NCBI GenBank assembly: GCA_902826345.1
Contig: CADEEN010000001.1
Location: forward strand, 1 to 39,654
Reading direction: 5' to 3'
Source of the DNA: an uncultured Burkholderiales bacterium
GTDB lineage: Bacteria > Pseudomonadota > Gammaproteobacteria > Burkholderiales > Burkholderiaceae_C
DNA length: 39,654 nt
Positions within the stretch are counted from its first letter, which is position 1. Each line of letters begins with the position of its first letter. Below the pieces are notes generated by a model. It was not told the origin of the DNA. It saw only the letters and a list, made by a program, of their open reading frames with translations, and ran no database searches. The position numbers were made by a program, and so were the translations under genes. Below, piece after piece: positions 37,441-39,654 of this stretch.

Positions 37441-38565
37441 TCAGGATCGGCTCTTCGACCAGAAGGCCGAGAACGAGCGACAGCGGGTGGGTGGATCGGC
37501 GAAGGCGCGCGGCATCGGCGTGAGATCGAACGCGCTGAACGCCGCGCCGAGGTGCAGGTTGTGCACACCGCGCACGCTCTTCGCACCGGCCAGCGCGGCG
37601 TGCAGCGCGTCTCGCTCGCCGAACCAGCGCCGCGCCGTCAGCGCTTTCATGCGCGTGCCGACGAAACGCCAGCGGCGCTCGCTCCACGGCCACGCGCGAT
37701 GAAAGGCTGCGTCGAGCACGGCCACCGGCAGCGTGCCGGCAGGCGCGTCGGCGAGCGACCAGGGGTGCACGAGCCAGACGTCTCGATCTTTGACGGCCGC
37801 GGCGTCGGGCGCCGAGAAGCCGAGGTCCGCCGGCGGCGCCGCCAGCAGCGGCGGCTCGGCCACCGCGGCATGCTCGCCGCGCTCCGCCGCCACGGCCTGC
37901 GTCGAGCGCGCCAGACGATCGAGCGCGGCGGCGCCGGCATCGATTGCCGTGCCGGCGCTGTGCCACGGCACATCGGCCAGGCGCTGCACGTTGTCGGCCG
38001 TCACCAGGTAGGGCTTGGCGCTGCCGGTGCCGGCCACCCACTGCCACGACAGGTGGTTGCTCGCCAGGTCGCCGTCGAGCAGATGCGCGTACAACCAATC
38101 GGCGCCGGCGCGCCAATGCACCTTGCGCAGGTGCACGACATACGACGCGAGCCACAGGCGCGCGTGGTTGTGCAGGTAGCCGTCGGCATAGAGCGCGCGC
38201 ACCGCAAGGTCGATCACCGGCACGCCGCTGCGGCCCTCGCGGATGTCGGCCGGCAGCTCACGTGTGTACGCCGCGTCGGGCAGCGGGCCGTCGTGCAGCG
38301 ACGTGAAGATCGCGTCGCCGTCATGCCGCCACGCGTGATGGAAAAACTCGCGCCAGCCGAGCTCCATCGCCAGCTTGTGTTCAAGCGGCAAGGCCAGCGC
38401 GCGCATCACGTCGGGCACATGCAGATAGCCGTGCGTAAGGTACGGCGACAGGCGCGTGACGGCGCCGCGCAGGTGGTTGCGCGTGCGCGCGTAGTCGCCC
38501 GGGCGCGCGGCGTGCAGTGCTTGCTGCGCGGCCTCTGGTGTCGGCGTGAAGACTTCAGCCGGCAT
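37441..38565 (-). CDS. Photolyase/cryptochrome-family protein with non-canonical domain order (FAD-binding helical domain N-terminal)
   Basis: 374 aa. Residues ~25-200 carry FAD_binding_7 hallmarks: TRLSPYLTHGYL, ELGWREFFHH, GVPVIDLAVRALYADGYLHNHARLWLASYVV and DGDLASNHLSWQWVAGTGS. There is a C-terminal extension of about 170 aa. The start overlaps the stop of the upstream FeS photolyase gene by 11 nt. Confidence 0.8.
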   Translation of the reverse strand: MPAEVFTPTPEAAQQALHAARPGDYARTRNHLRGAVTRLSPYLTHGYLHVPDVMRALALPLEHKLAMELGWREFFHHAWRHDGDAIFTSLHDGPLPDAAYTRELPADIREGRSGVPVIDLAVRALYADGYLHNHARLWLASYVVHLRKVHWRAGADWLYAHLLDGDLASNHLSWQWVAGTGSAKPYLVTADNVQRLADVPWHSAGTAIDAGAAALDRLARSTQAVAAERGEHAAVAEPPLLAAPPADLGFSAPDAAAVKDRDVWLVHPWSLADAPAGTLPVAVLDAAFHRAWPWSERRWRFVGTRMKALTARRWFGERDALHAALAGAKSVRGVHNLHLGAAFSAFDLTPMPRAFADPPTRCRSFSAFWSKSRS

Positions 38566-39654
38566 GCCCGACCTCGCCCCGCCGGATCGCCGCCGCGCGC
38601 TCGGCGATGCGCGAGCGCTCGTCGGTGGGCACGCGAGCCAGGTTCTTCACCTGCATCACCGTGCGCATGTTCTTCGCCAGCATCGTTTCGTGCCGCGCCA
38701 GGAAATCCCAGTACAGCGTGGTGAACGGGCACGCGCGTTCGCCGACGCGCTCGCCCGGCTTGTAGCGGCAGCCCGCACACAAGCTGCCGCCGCTCTGCCG
38801 CTCGATGTACTTGCCGCTGGCGATGTAGGGCTTGCTGGCCATCAGGCCGCCGTCGCCGTACTGGCTCATGCCGAGCGTGTTCGGCAACTCGACCCACTCC
38901 ACGGCATCCACGTACACCGCGAGGTACCACGCGTGCACCTCTTGCGGCCGCACGCCGTGCAGCAGCGCGTACAGGCCGGTGACCATCAGGCGCTGGATGT
39001 GGTGCGCGTAGCCGTGTTCGAGCGTCTGGCCGAGGGCGTCGGCCATGCAGGCCATGTCGGTCTTCGCGTCCCAGTAGAACGACGGCAGCGCTTCCTGCGC
39101 GTTCATTTCGTTGAGCTCGAGGTAGCCGGGCATCTGCGTCCAGTAGATGCCGCGCACGTACTCGCGCCAGCCGAGGATCTGGCGGATGAAGCCTTCGGCG
39201 CTGTGCAGCGGCACGCGGCCGGCGCGGTAGGCCGCTTCGGCGGCGGCGACGACCTCACGCGCGCCCAGCAGCTTCAGGTTCAGCGCGGACGACACGTGCG
39301 AGTGCCACAACCACGGCTGGCGTGGCCACAGCGCATCCTGCCAGCGGCCGAAGTTCGGCAGGCGCTCGTCGATGAAACGCTGCAGCGCGTGCAGCGCCTG
39401 CTCGCGCGTCACGGCCCAGGCAAAGCTGTCGAGCGCGCCGGGGTGCTCGGCGAAGCGCTGCCGCACGAGCGCGATGACCTCGCGCGTGATCGCATCGGGC
39501 TCGAAGCGTGCACGCTCGGGCACCGCGCCGGGACCCTGCTTGCCGAAGGACTCGCGGTTGTCGGCGTCGAAGTTCCATTGCCCGCCTTCGGGCTGATCGG
39601 GCTCCGCGCCGTCCATCAACACCGCGTGTTTGCGCCGCATCTCGCGGTAGAAGA
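38555..39654 (-). CDS. FeS-cluster bacterial cryptochrome/(6-4) photolyase family protein (FeS-BCP, PhrB/CryB-like). Only the 3' part is present; the N-terminus lies beyond the right edge.
   Basis: The frame stays open to the window end (...FYREMRRKHAVLMDG...). GWREYVRGIYW and HHIQRLMVTG are present. The four-Cys pattern C-x89-C-x2-C-x12-C (ACMADAL ... LCAGCRYKPGERVGERACPF) matches the [4Fe-4S] ligands of this family. Confidence 0.88.
   Translation of the reverse strand, partial: FYREMRRKHAVLMDGAEPDQPEGGQWNFDADNRESFGKQGPGAVPERARFEPDAITREVIALVRQRFAEHPGALDSFAWAVTREQALHALQRFIDERLPNFGRWQDALWPRQPWLWHSHVSSALNLKLLGAREVVAAAEAAYRAGRVPLHSAEGFIRQILGWREYVRGIYWTQMPGYLELNEMNAQEALPSFYWDAKTDMACMADALGQTLEHGYAHHIQRLMVTGLYALLHGVRPQEVHAWYLAVYVDAVEWVELPNTLGMSQYGDGGLMASKPYIASGKYIERQSGGSLCAGCRYKPGERVGERACPFTTLYWDFLARHETMLAKNMRTVMQVKNLARVPTDERSRIAERAAAIRRGEVGHAG

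Overview
This is a roughly 70% G+C, gene-dense chromosomal segment. The Bug/TctC-family binding protein, the Omp32-like porin and frequent ATGA/GTGA start-stop overlaps suggest a Burkholderiales-type betaproteobacterium (inference). I found no rRNA, tRNA, CRISPR array, transposase or integrase.

Gene content, left to right:
1. A glycerol regulon: an ABC importer with two permeases and two ATPases, then glpD, divergent glpR-glpK and a start-stop-coupled DUF3253 gene.
2. A minus-strand operon of Bug SBP, family III CoA-transferase, porin and a LivJ-like lipoprotein SBP, with a divergent TrmB-family regulator.
3. A decay scar holding two convergent truncated pseudogenes: a SAM-methyltransferase frameshifted by a perfect 13-bp tandem duplication, and a DUF427 remnant.
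4. A secreted alpha/beta-hydrolase lipoprotein, divergent from a translationally coupled operon of DUF4394 lipoprotein, Tat-exported amicyanin-like cupredoxin and HAMP-GGDEF-EAL sensor.
5. A myo-inositol catabolic island: iolC(fusion)-D-E-B divergent from iolR-iolG and a second dehydrogenase, followed by an inositol monophosphatase and a PotD/Fbp-type ABC importer.
6. A compositionally foreign dCMP-deaminase-like gene (about 47-50% GC) at the end of an AraC-controlled cupin-GNAT operon.
7. An LtaS/sulfatase-like membrane protein.
8. A photolyase operon: a partial FeS-type (6-4) photolyase/CryB homologue, a photolyase-like protein whose domain order looks circularly permuted, and an SDR lacking the catalytic Tyr.

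The candidates most worth follow-up are the DUF4394-cupredoxin-c-di-GMP operon, the apparently permuted photolyase, the low-GC deaminase cassette and the IMPase-linked transporter. All functional calls rest on motif recognition in the supplied translations. No database search was possible.
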